Below, in pieces: positions 1 through 12,542 of a DNA stretch of 64,000 nucleotides. A program made the translations under genes and the position numbers. Below the pieces are notes generated by a model, which was not told the DNA's origin, searched no databases, and saw only the letters and a list, made by a program, of their open reading frames with translations. The stretch lies in the NCBI RefSeq assembly GCF_000143415.4, contig NW_003314308.1, forward strand, positions 682,001-746,000, in the 5' to 3' direction. Each line of letters starts with the position of its first letter. Position 1 is the stretch's first letter. The stretch is from Selaginella moellendorffii (lineage: Eukaryota > Plantae > Lycopodiophyta).

Positions 1-159
1 AATATAAAGGACAGCTTATGATATCTCCCTAGCATTATGACATTACAATGGAAGAACCCTTCCTTTTGTGCTTCACGTGGGTTCTCGGGAGGATCGAGTA
101 CAGCGTCTCGATCGCTGGGGCTCCCCATTCGGATCGGCGGTAAGGCTAGGGTCTCTGAG

Positions 160-1583
160 ATGGAGCGTGAAATTCCCGCGGCAGTGGCGGCGGGGGAGCC
201 AGCGCTAGGGATGCACACACTGCCTATGGCGGCTGCCCTGGCGGCGTCTCCAGCGGCGGAGCTGGCGTGCAATCTCCTCGACAGGCCAAACCGCAAGGAG
301 GTGAAGCTCTTCTATTGCAGCGAGTACGAGGATTTGGCACGGAGGATCGCCGCCGAGACGGATTCCATCGAGCTCAAATCCATCCGCTGGAAGTAAGTGG
401 ATTTCTTGCTTTGTTCTTTGAGCGATCGATGGATGGCTGTCTCTTTTTTCTTTCAGCACATTCGAGGATGGCTTTCCAAACTTGTTTGTGCCAAATGCTC
501 ATGGGATCCGTGGCCAGCACGTTGCATTCCTCGCATCTTTCAGCTCCCCTGCCGTGATCTTTGAGCAGCTCTCGGTGATCTACGCTCTTCCCAGGATGTT
601 CATCGCCTCCTTCACGGTGGTGGTGCCGTTCTTCCCGACTGGAACGTCGGAGCGCATGGAAGACGAGGGTGACATTGCCACGGCCTTCACTCTCGCTCGG
701 ATCCTCTCCAACATTCCAATCTCGAGGGGTGGCCCGACAAGTCTCGTCATCTTTGACATCCACGCACTCCAGGTTTGCTTTCTCTTTTCCTTTCGATCTT
801 TCTCCTAGCCTCGCTCACCCGGACTTGTAAAACAGGAGAGGTTCTACTTCGGTGACAGCGTTCTTCCCTGCTTCGAGAGTGGAATCCCGCTGCTCAAGCA
901 CCGCCTACACCAGCTTCCGGATTCCACAAATGTGAGACTTAAGTCGAGAGAGCTTGCAACGATGTAAAAAATCTCTTGCAGGTGACTATAGCTTTCCCCG
1001 ACGAGGGAGCTTGGAAGCGCTTCAACAAGCAATTCGAGCACTTCCCCACGGTAAAGTTCGTGAGTTCGTCGAGTGATCTCTAACTGTGTTTCGATGGTGG
1101 ATCACAGATAATCTGTACGAAAGTTAGAGATGGAAACAAAAGGATCGTTCGCTTGAAGGAAGGCGAGGCCGCTGGAAGGCACGTCGTCATTGTGGATGAT
1201 TTGGTGCGCTCTGGAGGCACTCTCAAGGAATGCCAGGTTCGTGCATTGTAAGATTTCTTCATCGTTTCTTAGGCAGTATCTTTCGTCTTTCAGAAAGTAC
1301 TACAAGCGAATGGAGCCACGAAAGTGAGTGCTTACGCCACGCACGGCGTCTTCCCTCAGCAAACCTGGGAGCGATTTCTTCACGCGGCAGGAGGTACGTA
1401 GAGACTCCATTCTTCTCTTCGTTACAGGAAACTTGACACGATAACATTTCAGAGAGCGAGAAAGAATTTTCGCACTTCTGGATCACAGACTCCTGCCCCG
1501 AGACCGTCAAGGAGGTAATTGGCAAACCACCCTTCGAAGTTCTCACACTGGCTGGTTCCATCGCTGCGGCACTCCACATATAA
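160..1583 (+). CDS. PRS4: Ribose-phosphate pyrophosphokinase (class II plant PRPP synthase, PRS3/PRS4-like), multi-exon
   Basis: Exon translations include [62 protein letters not shown] (PRPP-binding loop) and [12 protein letters not shown] introns, e.g. 393-456. Stop TAA at 1581-1583. An in-frame upstream ATG exists at 37. Confidence 0.93.
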
Positions 1584-1895
1584 GTGGTCATTCTTCCATC
1601 TCCAATTTTCTTGCTCTTTCTTTGCTTGAGAGTTCATCCAGTTTTCTCTTCCACCTCCACTCTTCCTTTGCTTAAAAAACGCAGGATTTTTTTTTGCTCT
1701 TGCTCTAGCTTAAGTTCAATGAGGATTTGCTTGAGAAGTAAATGAAAACAGGCTGATTTTTCCGAATCTACTGATTTTTCTTTTTTGTTTTCTTACAAGC
1801 TGTGATGTGAAGTGGTAATATTTAGATCAAATTGAGTATTGAAAGAAATAGATGACGATCTTCAAAAGTTTTAAGACCTCCAAAACACAAGGTGA

Positions 1896-2723
1896 TCAGA
1901 TTGAGTTTTCCAGATGGCTGAAAGAACTAGAAGACGATCCACAAACTAGTAGCGCATTTTTCCCCAGCAAGACGCCCAAGAACACCATAACACACGCCGC
2001 AAAGCCGAGGAGTGGAAGAACAAATGTTAACACTGCTTGTTTTGCCTCATGAATGTTTTTAACTGTCACTTGTGGAGGGGGCTGGCCATGGGCCCTGAAA
2101 ACGCTGCTCCCAGGAATCGAACTCGCATTTCCATCTGGCAGGCTTCGATGCCACGGTGGCGGTCCAACGTCACCACTGCTACAATTCGCGCAAACGCACG
2201 GGGACAAACCCTCGACGATAGAATCGACGGGAGGAGAAGATGGAGCTGCCAAGGAAGAGGATAGATTGAGAATGGGACACAAGCATTGCGCGCACAATCG
2301 ATCAGGCGTGTGATCATGGTCGAAGAGTGCCGCGATGCGATCCAGAGTTAGATTGCTCGAGATCCGCAAGAATGCCGATTGAGCGCGCCCCGCCTCCATT
2401 CGATCCTTACACATGCACCACGAGGAGTGATTCCAGGGCCCCGGCCGGATCCAGCAGCTGCCATGGAGTGGAGAATCTCTAGGGCTTAGCGATGCTGGAG
2501 CACCTGCTAGAGGGGATGGAGCCGGCGATGGAGCTGAGGAGTGCTGCGATGGCGACGATGACGCGTTGTTGGAGGAGATTTCCGGGAGGCAGTGGCAGAT
2601 TCGATTGTGGCGGAGCGGTAATCTCTGCGTGGAGCAAAGAGAATTGCTAGAATCTGGAGTGGCGATCGCGAGAACGCTGCGAGCAAAGAGGAGGCATCCG
2701 AGATGGAAGAGGAGGAGATCCAT
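1896..2723 (-). CDS. Single-exon 275-aa membrane protein with signal peptide, Cys-rich ectodomain (SPARK-like) and C-terminal TM helix
   Basis: N-terminal hydrophobic MDLLLFHLGCLLFARSVLA; many paired Cys (CHC, CMC, CAQCLC, CVCANC); Pro/Ser linker; TM segment AVLTFVLPLLGFAACVMVFLGVLLG. Confidence 0.6.
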   Translation of the reverse strand: MDLLLFHLGCLLFARSVLAIATPDSSNSLCSTQRLPLRHNRICHCLPEISSNNASSSPSQHSSAPSPAPSPLAGAPASLSPRDSPLHGSCWIRPGPWNHSSWCMCKDRMEAGRAQSAFLRISSNLTLDRIAALFDHDHTPDRLCAQCLCPILNLSSSLAAPSSPPVDSIVEGLSPCVCANCSSGDVGPPPWHRSLPDGNASSIPGSSVFRAHGQPPPQVTVKNIHEAKQAVLTFVLPLLGFAACVMVFLGVLLGKNALLVCGSSSSSFSHLENSI

Positions 2724-2934
2724 AGCCTGGTATCGAGTGACATTGATCGGTGAGGAAGAAAGGAGGAGAAATTCGCGACAAACGAGGACAGCCGCGGATA
2801 AAAAGAAGCCACTCGCTTGCCAGAGCTTTCCTAAATTTGCTCGCGCTGCTTGAAAGAGTATATGCCTCTCAACGGTAGAGAATATGCCAGCTAAGCTCTA
2901 GGGCACAGTCTCTGGTGGAGCTAGGGCGACGGCG

Positions 2935-5900
2935 ATGGCGATGACGGCTCCCCAGGTGGAGAATGCGCCCATTCTCGACTTCATCAACAACGTCTTCCCG
3001 AACGGTAGGCAATGGCAATGCCGCTCGCTGCATAGATCGATCACTTGAGCTCTTGATTGAGCTGCAGAGGCGTCGCTGATCGCTGTGGAGCCGCTCATCC
3101 AGAAGCTGAGGAACAAAATTCGTCGCGGCGATGCCGAAATCCTTGCTGCTGTCCGGCAACAGGTTCGTTCTAGATCCAGTGGCTTGTCCTCGGATCTGAG
3201 TAATATCCACACAGAGCTCCTCAGGGACTAAAGCTAAAGAAGATCTTGCCGATGCCATGCGTGCTATCGAGGTATTTCTTCTGTCACTTCAGTCAGGAGC
3301 GAATTGTTTTGTTGATTTGCCAGGAATTGGCAAACAAAATCCGGGAGATCAAGTCCAAAGCGGAACAAAGCGAGGTGATGGTTCAAGAGCTATGCCGTGA
3401 TATAAAGAAGCTCGACTTTGCAAAGAAGCACATCACAACAACTATCACTGCTCTACATCGTTTGTCAATGCTTGGTAAATTTTGTGGTTTTTCAATGGTT
3501 TTGGTTATCTTACGGTTTTGTTTTCCGTTCTTCGCAGTCTCGGCCGTGGAGCAACTTCAGGGAATGGCATCTAAGCGACAGTACAAAGAAGCCGCCGGAC
3601 AGTTAGAGGTTTGTAATTATCAAGACGAAGTATTGAGCTGTGTGACCTTTTCTTCGCTAGGCTGTGAACCAGCTTTGTGGTCATTTTGAGGCATACAAGG
3701 ATGTTCCTAAGATCAATGAGCTCAGAGGTACCTACAAGACCATTAAAGAGACTCTAAAGGCTCACGTTTTTAACGATTTTTCAAGGTGTGAAGTGATATG
3801 GCTTTTTTTTCAATTCAATTTAATGTTTAACATCTTTTGTATTTGTTTCGCAGCTTAGGCACTGCTGGTTTGAAAGAAGATGGAAACCTCATGCAACAGC
3901 TAGCCGATGCTTGCTTCGTTGTTGATGCTTTGGAGCGGACTGTCCGCGAGGAGCTCATCGTCAATATTTGCAGTAAAGAACTGACTGCCTATCAGCAAAT
4001 TTTCCAAGGCACAGGTAAAACTTTCCAGAACAGGCATGCTGATTGGAATTCTACATTCTGTAGAGGTTGCAAAACTTGATAAGGTGGAACGCCGCTATGC
4101 TTGGATAAAACGACAGCTCCGTGCAAACGAAGATATCTGGCAGATCTTTCCTGCGCACTGGCGCGTCGCCTTTCTGCTTTGTATGCAGTTTTGTAAAGTA
4201 ACTAGGTAAGGCAGGATTTCGTATGTTCGGTCTTGATGAACTCGGTCTCTGTATCCAGGGCACAATTACTAGAGATTTTGGATGGTTTGAAGGAACAACC
4301 AGATGTTCAAACTCTCCTTCAGGTAAAATGATATTGCAATAGCGACGGACACTTCATTTTGGCTATACAATAGGCACTGCAAAGGACCTTGGAGTTTGAG
4401 GAGGAGCTTGCTGAGCGCTTTGGAATGGGGAGCGACAAAGCTGAGGACCAGGATGAAGGTGAAGGTGACGAGCAGAGTGCTTCCGCTTTGCGGAGAAAAT
4501 ATGAGAAGCAACTGGCCGTAAAAGGTGGTCGATCAAGCCAAGTTTACCCTGTAAGTATCAAGTTTCATGTTCGAGCGAAGTGGTCTAAATCATTTGACAG
4601 GATGGCGAAGGAACAGAAAAAGAAAAAAGACCTGAATATTTGTCAGCGGTATGTAGCGAGTTCACTATCTTTAAGCACTCAAGTTTCTTTGTTACAGACA
4701 GCAGCTAATTTCAGCTTTCGTGGCATCATATCGTCATGCTTTGAGTCTCACCTAGGTCCTTATGTTGAATTAGAAGAAAAGAATCTGCTCGAGACTTTGG
4801 AAAAACTTGTGATGGTAAGTATCTATTTTTACTTCCTCGGCAGCTAGGAATTGACTGATACATGTGTAGGAGGAGAGCTGGGAGGCTGAAGAAGGTAGTC
4901 AAACTAACATTCTTACAAGCAGCACACAGGTTTGAAGGTTTTTTACATAGCTGTCCGGATATACTTAAGAAAACTTTTCTACAGGTTTTTCTCGTGATCA
5001 AGAAAAGTTTAAAACGCTGTGTAGCTCTTACAAAAAATCAAACGCTCTTCAGCTTATATAAGGTATCTCGATTAAAGAACTCTATCAGAAACTGAACGCT
5101 TTGGCAGGTCTTTCAACGAGTACTCAGGGCTTATGCTGGTAAATTGATTGGACGACTACCAAAGGTTGGAGCTGGCGCGGGACTTGTTGCCGTAGCGACA
5201 GGCATGGAAAGTCATTTACGGGTACACTATCTAACTCGTTTCTATTTTGATAATAATCAAGCCTTTCCAGTTTTACAGGTTTCGGACAAAGACGAAAGGG
5301 TCATATGCTATATTGTCAACACTGCAGAATATTGCCATGAAACTGTGAGTACTTAAAATCTTTAAAACTTGTAATCATGTTTTGTCTCTTGAATCAGGCT
5401 GGTCAATTAGGAGAAAACATTTCCAGAGTAATTGATTCTCAGTTCGCGGAAAGCATCGACTTGTCGGAAGAACAGGTATCTTTCCATTTGTGTTGGATTT
5501 CTTACGAGCTTGGCTATGAAGGATGAATTCTCCGGCGTGATTACCAAAGCGCTTTCATCCCTTGTGATGGGACTGGAAACGCGATTGGAAAACGAGCTGG
5601 CAGCTATGACAAGAGTGCCATGGGGGACGATTGAAGGTGTTGGCGATCAATCCGAGTAAGAGTATATCATCCTTAAAAACAGACTCGAGCTTTAGTATTT
5701 TTGTTACAGGTATGTTAATGGAATCAGCTCGATTCTGTCTAGTAGCATTCCAGTTATATCTGGTCTATTGTCTCCGTTGTACTTCCAGTTTTTTCTAGAC
5801 AAGGTATGGTACTTCATTACCCATAGTACTTGTGATCTTATATACCTGTGTGGATATGACAGTTAGCAGCGTCCTTCGCTCCTCGATTTTATATGAATAT

Positions 5901-6638
5901 ATACAAATGCAAACGCATCACAGAAACTGGGGCTCAGCAGGTAAGTTTTCTTTTACCAAACTCTCGTGCTAACTTTGTTTCTCTTTTAGATGCTACTCGA
6001 TACACAAGCGGTAAAAACAATTTTACTCGAAGTCCCTGCATTGGGAGGCCAGACAGCTGCTCCGGCAAGCTACACCAAGTATGTCACTCGTGAAATCGGC
6101 AAGGCGGAGGCTCTCTTGAAGGTAAGTAGCCAGGCGCAAAATTTCTTCTTCCGACTGAATCAATGACCACTTCTCGGGTGGCAGGTCATTTTGTCACCGA
6201 TTGAATCCATCGCTGACACTTACCATGCTCTACTGCCTGAAGGCTCTGGTGCCGACTTCCAGCGTCTACTCGATCTCAAGGTTTGTGATGCTCTTTCTGT
6301 TATAGAGCTACATTCTCACGTACTCTTTGGAAATCCAGGGACTGAAGAAAAGTGACCAACAGCCACTGCTGGATTACTTCACCAAGCGTGGGATGGGAAC
6401 TTTGCTGCCAGTTAGTCCGGCGTCGGGACCTTCATCGCCACTCACTCCAAGCGCTGCGAGCAGAGAAGCGATGATGGCTCGAGCAGCAGCGCTCGGACGA
6501 GGAGCGATGGCTCAATCTGCGGCCGCCGCGGCCGCAGTCTCTAGCACAGGACTGAGACGATTCTTCGCGCTGGCCGAGTCCGCGAAAGAAGGAGCTGCCA
6601 AACGAGAAGGAGCGTTTAGAAAGCTCTTCAACTCGTGA
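2935..6638 (+). CDS. VPS53: GARP/EARP complex subunit VPS53, about 23 short exons
   Basis: ILDFINNVFP, KAEQSEVMVQELCRDIKKLDFAKKHITTTITALHRLSML, LDKVERRYAW, ICYIVNTAEYCHET, VGDQSEYV, GAQQMLLDTQAVK, ADFQRLLDLKGLKK across GT-AG-bounded exons. Stop TGA at 6636-6638. Confidence 0.95.
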
Positions 6639-6773
6639 GACTAGACTGTAACCTTTCAAAGCGAATTTAACGGTGACGATGTACGTAACGGGTTTTGGAC
6701 ACCGACGGCTATCATGCAGCCACGTGGACGGTGGATGTTGCTTTAGAGCGCAACGTCTTTTTTTTATTAGGGC

Positions 6774-7505
6774 ATGGCTATGACGGAGGAGGAGGAGCAG
6801 CGCAGCCGGAGGAGTCTCTTCAGCAGCGCCGAGGTAGCGTCCAATCCTTCTCCTGGTTCTCGCGATTCTACTCTCGCTCGTCTTGCCTCGCAGAAGCAAT
6901 CTCAATCGCAGTCCGAGTCCTTGTTGGGGAAGCGGCCCGCGCCGATCTCTTCTCCGGCGCCGTGCTCCAAGCGCCAGCAAAAATCTCCCGTTCCCTATCG
7001 CTGTAGAGATCTTCCGCGACGACCCAGCGACGCTCCCCGGGCAACGAATGCCAAGCGCCCCGCCGCCACCACTTCCACCACTTCGAGAAAGCTCACGGAT
7101 ATCTATGGCGATCCGGCTTCCATTTTCACTTCTTCTATCTCTTCGCCTTCTTCCTCCACCGCCGTGCTTTCACAGGAAACAAGAGAAGATCACGAGGAGG
7201 AGGATCTCGATGCTGTGGCTGCGTCGCTGGAGGAATTCGTGAGGGAGAGGAGGGTAGAGCTGCGTGGCGAAGAAGAACAAGGGGGGGAGCTAGTGCTGCT
7301 ACATCACGAAGAGCGACTAGAGTTTCACGAAGAACACCACGAGCAAGGTGAAGAACCGGGCTCTCCGCGAACTCCACCGGCGAGCTCCTCCACTCCCGCC
7401 GCTCCAGTCACTCCCATGGCGCCGCTAAAGCGCGGGAGAGCTATGGTGGCAAGACCACGTCCCCCTCCCAGCGCCGTCCACAGAAGGCTAAACTTTGACC
7501 ATTGA
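6774..7505 (+). CDS. Uncharacterised 243-aa Ser/Pro/Glu-rich, probably disordered protein (single exon)
   Basis: Long GC-rich ORF with good ATG context, followed by an AT-rich 3' region. Ends in RRLNFDH. Confidence 0.6.
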   Translation: MAMTEEEEQRSRRSLFSSAEVASNPSPGSRDSTLARLASQKQSQSQSESLLGKRPAPISSPAPCSKRQQKSPVPYRCRDLPRRPSDAPRATNAKRPAATTSTTSRKLTDIYGDPASIFTSSISSPSSSTAVLSQETREDHEEEDLDAVAASLEEFVRERRVELRGEEEQGGELVLLHHEERLEFHEEHHEQGEEPGSPRTPPASSSTPAAPVTPMAPLKRGRAMVARPRPPPSAVHRRLNFDH

Positions 7506-7630
7506 TTATACATAGAAAAATCTAAGAGTCATTATAATCGATGTTTGTGAGCATTAGTCCTCTGTGAATATCAATCTAACATCTTTCTTTCCATCCTCAT
7601 CAAAGCAAATCAAAGAAAAGAGAGCGTGTT

Positions 7631-8557
7631 CTAAGCAGTAAGAGCCACATTGAGAGAATTTGGAGGCAAAGGAACCTCTTCCCAGCTCACAATCCTCTTC
7701 TCCATGTCCAAAGTACCCTCAAACACAATCGATTTGATGGGGCTGTAGTAGATCTCCACCAGCGCTTTGCTACCACGGACGCTAAACCCTCCAACCTCGC
7801 ACACCAGGTCCGCCAGGATCTCCATCAAACTGGTACAAACTCCCGCGCAAGTAAACCTCCTGGTCACCTCGTCCGTCACGAAATCATACTCCTCGATCGC
7901 CCACAGCTCGATATCGAAGCAAAACCTGGTCGAGACATCGAACTGGCCGACGTCCTCCTTGAGCCAAGTGCCCAGATTCACGCTAGCCCAAAACTCCCCC
8001 GACACGTCGAGCAGATCATCCGGGTCGTCGTCCATCTCGCTCACCATCAGGGGCCGGCCATTGAAGAGGAAGAAGTTGTAACGCTCCTGGACTTGCAAGC
8101 CTCGCGTGGTGAGAAGCTCCCAAGTATCGGTGGCAATGTCGTAGACCTTGCTGGATCCCCAGGACTCCGGAACCACGAAGATCTTGCCGTTGAAGCCCGC
8201 GAACCAAACATACTCCTCGCCCATCAAGCCCGGCATGCTGGAAACGCTCCGCCATGCCGCCGGTTCTTCACGGCCGAGAGTGGCGAGATCAAAAACGTGA
8301 ACTTGGTTGTCTCGCGAGAGCAAGAACACTCTCTTCATGTGGTATACCATCACGCTATCCGGTTGTGGAGGCTTTGGGAGTAGCCTCCACTCGGTGCCCC
8401 GCTTGGATTGATAGTAAACCTTGTCAACCTTTTTGCTCTCGCTGAAAGAGTGGCACACTATACCTGTGGCGTCGACTCCATCGCCAAGGTCAGCGTCATT
8501 GACCTCGCCGTTGACGCTGACTTGACCGGGGACTAGGTTGACGTACTCGAAAGCCAT
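7631..8557 (-). CDS. Kelch-like/F-box-associated beta-propeller protein, 308 aa, no visible F-box
   Basis: Repeated kelch-like blades (EWRLLPKPP; VHVFDLAT..AWRSVSSMP; FAGFNGKIFVV..KVYDIATDTWELL). Confidence 0.7.
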   Translation of the reverse strand: MAFEYVNLVPGQVSVNGEVNDADLGDGVDATGIVCHSFSESKKVDKVYYQSKRGTEWRLLPKPPQPDSVMVYHMKRVFLLSRDNQVHVFDLATLGREEPAAWRSVSSMPGLMGEEYVWFAGFNGKIFVVPESWGSSKVYDIATDTWELLTTRGLQVQERYNFFLFNGRPLMVSEMDDDPDDLLDVSGEFWASVNLGTWLKEDVGQFDVSTRFCFDIELWAIEEYDFVTDEVTRRFTCAGVCTSLMEILADLVCEVGGFSVRGSKALVEIYYSPIKSIVFEGTLDMEKRIVSWEEVPLPPNSLNVALTA

Positions 8558-8834
8558 GTATGGTTGACTTAGGGCTGAATAAAGTTGACTTAGTGATTGA
8601 CTTATATGCTTGAGAGGTTTCGTGTTCGATTCTGGGAATGGAGGTCTGGCGTTCGATTCCCTTGTGGGGCCGGGGGAATATTCACATTCTCAATCAGACC
8701 GTTGAGCCGTTTAAACATCTGGCCGTTTGATCTCCATGTGCAAAACCCTAAAGAATCGGTGTGGGGAATTTTTTCGATCTTCGGTCTCTCGCTCGCTCGC
8801 TCGCTCGCGCTTGGATTGGGAGCTGGGAATCGCG

Positions 8835-10414
8835 ATGGCGGATGTGGAGAATCTCAATTGCGGCGATGTTCCGAGGCGCAAGAAGGGGTCGCCGGTGGGA
8901 TGGTTCCCCAGGGGCAAGAAGGAGTCCTATCTGGAGCGCAAGATTCGACTGCTTCACCAGGTATTTGCTTTGATCGATGCTTTCATGGGCCGGTCGCGAG
9001 ACGACTTGAGTTCGATGTGATTCCAGGAAGCGCAAGGGATGACAACCTCCCTCGATGAGACTCTACTAGGGAGCCGCCATCTCTCACGCATCGAGAAGGA
9101 GAAGCGATCGGCAGTAGCGGCTGCCCAGGAGGCTACCGAGACCCGGAAGAGCGCCCTCGTGGAAGCGTCGTGGTGCCGCATTCTCAAAGCTGCCCGGTAT
9201 GTGAATTAGTTCGTTCTTCTAGCTACTTGTCAGCCAGGAATTTCCTTTCTTTCTCGAGTTCTTCCTCGTTCTTCGTTTTCATACAGCATTTTTCTCTAGA
9301 AAGCTTCTCTCTTTTCTCTTGTTTGAAGTCTGCTCGTTAGACGTATACCAGCATTCATTTAGAAACTCTTTCAGTGTTCATCGCTTCGGAACTTTGTGAG
9401 CGTGACCACCAATTGTTTGTTCTTTTGTGAGCAGTCTACCATTCATGTCGGCCGCACTGGAGCTTCAAAAGGCCGAGAAGAAAGCTGCCGAGGCCTTCAA
9501 CAAGGCTGCTTTTCTGGGCGTTGTGCTGAGAACGAACAGCCAGAATCTGAGAGGTGAGGCGCCAGAGGCAAATGCCGGGACACCGTCGTCCAGGCACAAA
9601 GTCACAGCATCCCTTGACACCGCTTTCGAGGTTGACGAGGAAGTAGCAGCCGCTCTAAAGTGTGCCCTTGAGCAGATCGAGAGAACTTCCGAGCCTGCGA
9701 CAGGTAAACGTCATCCATCCCTTCGATCTTCATATCTCACTTTCTCGTCTCAGAAGCCGGTGATCATTCTCTTGAGGCTGGTGACACCGACCATCTCAAA
9801 GACTCGGTTCGAGCTGATAGTAACGACGAGACGACGGCCAGTCCTCTAACATGCCTCATGCTCGACCGGGTGAGGAGCCTACAGCCGGAACAGCGTGCTT
9901 CTCTAGCCTCCATGGTCGCAAGCCGTGGCCTTAATGCACTCCTCAAGGAAGAGAGCTACGAGCAGGAACTTAACGCGAAGAATGGCAAGGCCGGGCTCGG
10001 CGATGTGCTGGTGAAGCATGTCTCGCGTCTAGAAGCCGAGAAGGCAGCTGCGGCGACGATGGTTGCAGCCAGACAGGATGAACCAGAGACCAGAGAGCCG
10101 CTAGCGGAGATGTCCAACGCCGCGGAGCTAGAGCCCGTGAAGAAGGCGTCGAGGCTGGAGATGGAGAAGCAATCGTTCGCAGCTCCAAGGCCGGGTAGCA
10201 GCAGCAGCAGCTCGCAGAGGCGGAAGCAAAGGGAGCAAGAGTCGGCCACTTCCTGGGGTGGCCTCGATTTCGGGAGCTCTTTGAAACGCCATGTATCCAA
10301 GCTCGAAGCCGAACAGGTGAGTGATTAGCTGATCTTTGTAAAGGTTTTCTCATGTCTATGGTTTTGGGCCAGGCTGCTTGGCGGCGCGCGGCTGAGGATG
10401 CAAGGAACAAATAA
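8835..10414 (+). CDS. Uncharacterised plant coiled-coil protein with K-H-V-S-[RK]-L-E repeats, multi-exon
   Basis: Spliced reading includes LERKIRLL, ALVEASWCRILKAAR, HKVTASLDTAFEVDEEVAAA, LVKHVSRLEAEK and LKRHVSKLEAEQ. Last exon 10373-10414 ends in TAA. Confidence 0.75.
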
Positions 10415-10863
10415 AAAAAGGAAGCGAAGTTTAAGCTGCCGAGAAAATGTTCTCTTCCCGCAACTTAGGAGGAAGAACTGCCCAAAAGATTCCAAGGCTG
10501 ACTGTTTGTAAAACTCGCTGACAAAACTTCCACTTAACTGGGCAATAGTTACGGGGTAAAGTTGGTAAAGATAGGCATATGCTGTTTTGCCAGCTCATTC
10601 CGAAGTTGTGGGCCAGGTCTAAATTTATTAGTGGCCACGATCAATAGCACAGGTGTCCGCCTTGATTTCTGAGAAAAAGAATTATAAAAAGTCCGTGATA
10701 TTATAGAAAACAAATTCGTTTTCTCCTTTTCTCTTTCAGTCTGAGATCTTCCTCTTTGTTCTGTAGCTCCACCATTTTGTTCCATCCAATCGATGATGTG
10801 TGAGATTTGGGCAAGGCTTTTGGTGATAAGGAATGAAGAATAGGAGCGTCTATCTAGCAGATT

Positions 10864-12493
10864 ATGGGGAGGGTTAAGCTTGAGATTAAAAAGATTGAGA
10901 ATGCTACAAACAGGCAGGTGACTTATTCCAAAAGGCGCACTGGCCTTGTCAAGAAGGCTTATGAACTATCAACATTATGTGATATTGATATTGCACTCAT
11001 TATGTTCTCCCCCTCTGGAAAACTCACACAATATGCCACAGATATGAGGTATTTAATTTGTCTTTTTATTAATTAGCTCTGTATTTACATGAAGGTTCAG
11101 GGTGGAGGATGTAATTCTTCGATATGCTAATGTATCTGAAGCTGAGAGGAGCAAAAGGTATAAGATTTTGATTTGATTTTATTTTTTAAGAGGCTTTAAT
11201 TTTAGAAAAATGGAGAATTGGGAGCAGCTTAGCAGAGCAATCAAGAAACTCAAGTCAGAGACTGATGGTTCTCAAATTTCCAGGTGATAAAAGTTTTTTT
11301 GAATTTTGATTTTTAATATAATTATTTCAGAAATACTATTGACTTTAATAATTTGGGAGTATAAATATTTATATATTTGTATTTATTATTGATAATTTAG
11401 TTTAATGATAGATTTTTTTTTCAGATGATTCAAGAGGAGATTGCAAGGCTGCAGCTTGAAAATGAACAACTAATTGAACGATTCAAGTATGTGACAAATT
11501 ATTTTGGAATAATATTTTTAATTATAATTTTCAGGTTTTATCAGGGTGATACTCAAATTCTAGAACATTTAAGTTATGAGGATTTAGCTAAACTTGAAGA
11601 AGAATTAGCTACTACACTTCATCATATACGAATTCGAAAGGTTAGTATTATAATTATAATTTAAGCTACTCAAATATAATCAAATACAGCATAATATGGA
11701 CGTGGAGTTTTGTATGAGGCAAAAACAGGTATATTTTAATTTTTATCTAATAATTTTTTATATGTATAAAAATCATATTTAATATTACAGACTGAACATT
11801 TCCTCCCTCAGGTAATAATAAATTTATATTAACTATTCTAATTTTGATTTTCAGCAAGTTTACCACCTTCCACTTCATGCATCAGGAATAAATTCGTTTC
11901 CATCCCATTGGTCAGATAGAGACCCTCAAATTATCAAATTCTTGACGTAAGTATTCATTTTAATTTATGAGAGTTTATAGTAAAATCTGATAGTTTAATT
12001 ATTATGGCAGTGAAGAAACATCAGTGGAAGGATCATCAACAGATACATTATATTTTGAACAACAGAACAACATACCCTATCAAACTACCCAGCTCAACTT
12101 ATTTGGAACTCATGGTTTGAGTTTTGACAATGCCAATGGACGTGGACATTGTTACATAGGTGACAATAAGAATCCTATTATCTACATAAGTCACAATCCA
12201 AATACAAATTTGGAGCACTCCATGGAGCAGCCTCATGGAGATGAGCAACACCAGCGAGAGATAAGCTTGAATTGGAACTTGGCCTCGCATCCTAACAATC
12301 AAATGCCTGATTTATATTCATCCTCCCAGGTACTTTTTTCTTCTCAAAATTCTAACTCTTTTTGTTTTGCTTTGAAACATCACAGGGGATGAATGACGCT
12401 GAGGATGAGAGTACAGAGTCTCGTCTGGGAGAAGACGATGAGCCTGAGGACAAAGACGATTTGGACAATGTGTTTCATAGCGATGAATCTTGA
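10864..12493 (+). CDS. MADS-box transcription factor, MIKC*-type, many small exons
   Basis: [54 protein letters not shown] is a MIKC*-like MADS box. I region split over several exons; K-like coiled coil ([19 protein letters not shown]). Acidic last exon 12386-12493. Confidence 0.9.
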
Positions 12494-12542
12494 CTGAAAG
12501 AAGGGGAAAGAAATTCAGCAAGTTTGTGATAAATTGAAGTTC

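Noticed and set aside
5476-5521. Possible U12 GT-AG intron in VPS53 (GTATCTTT, weak pyrimidine tract)
   Set aside because: Both the 5' site and the branch site deviate from U12 consensus; it cannot be told from an ordinary short intron by eye.
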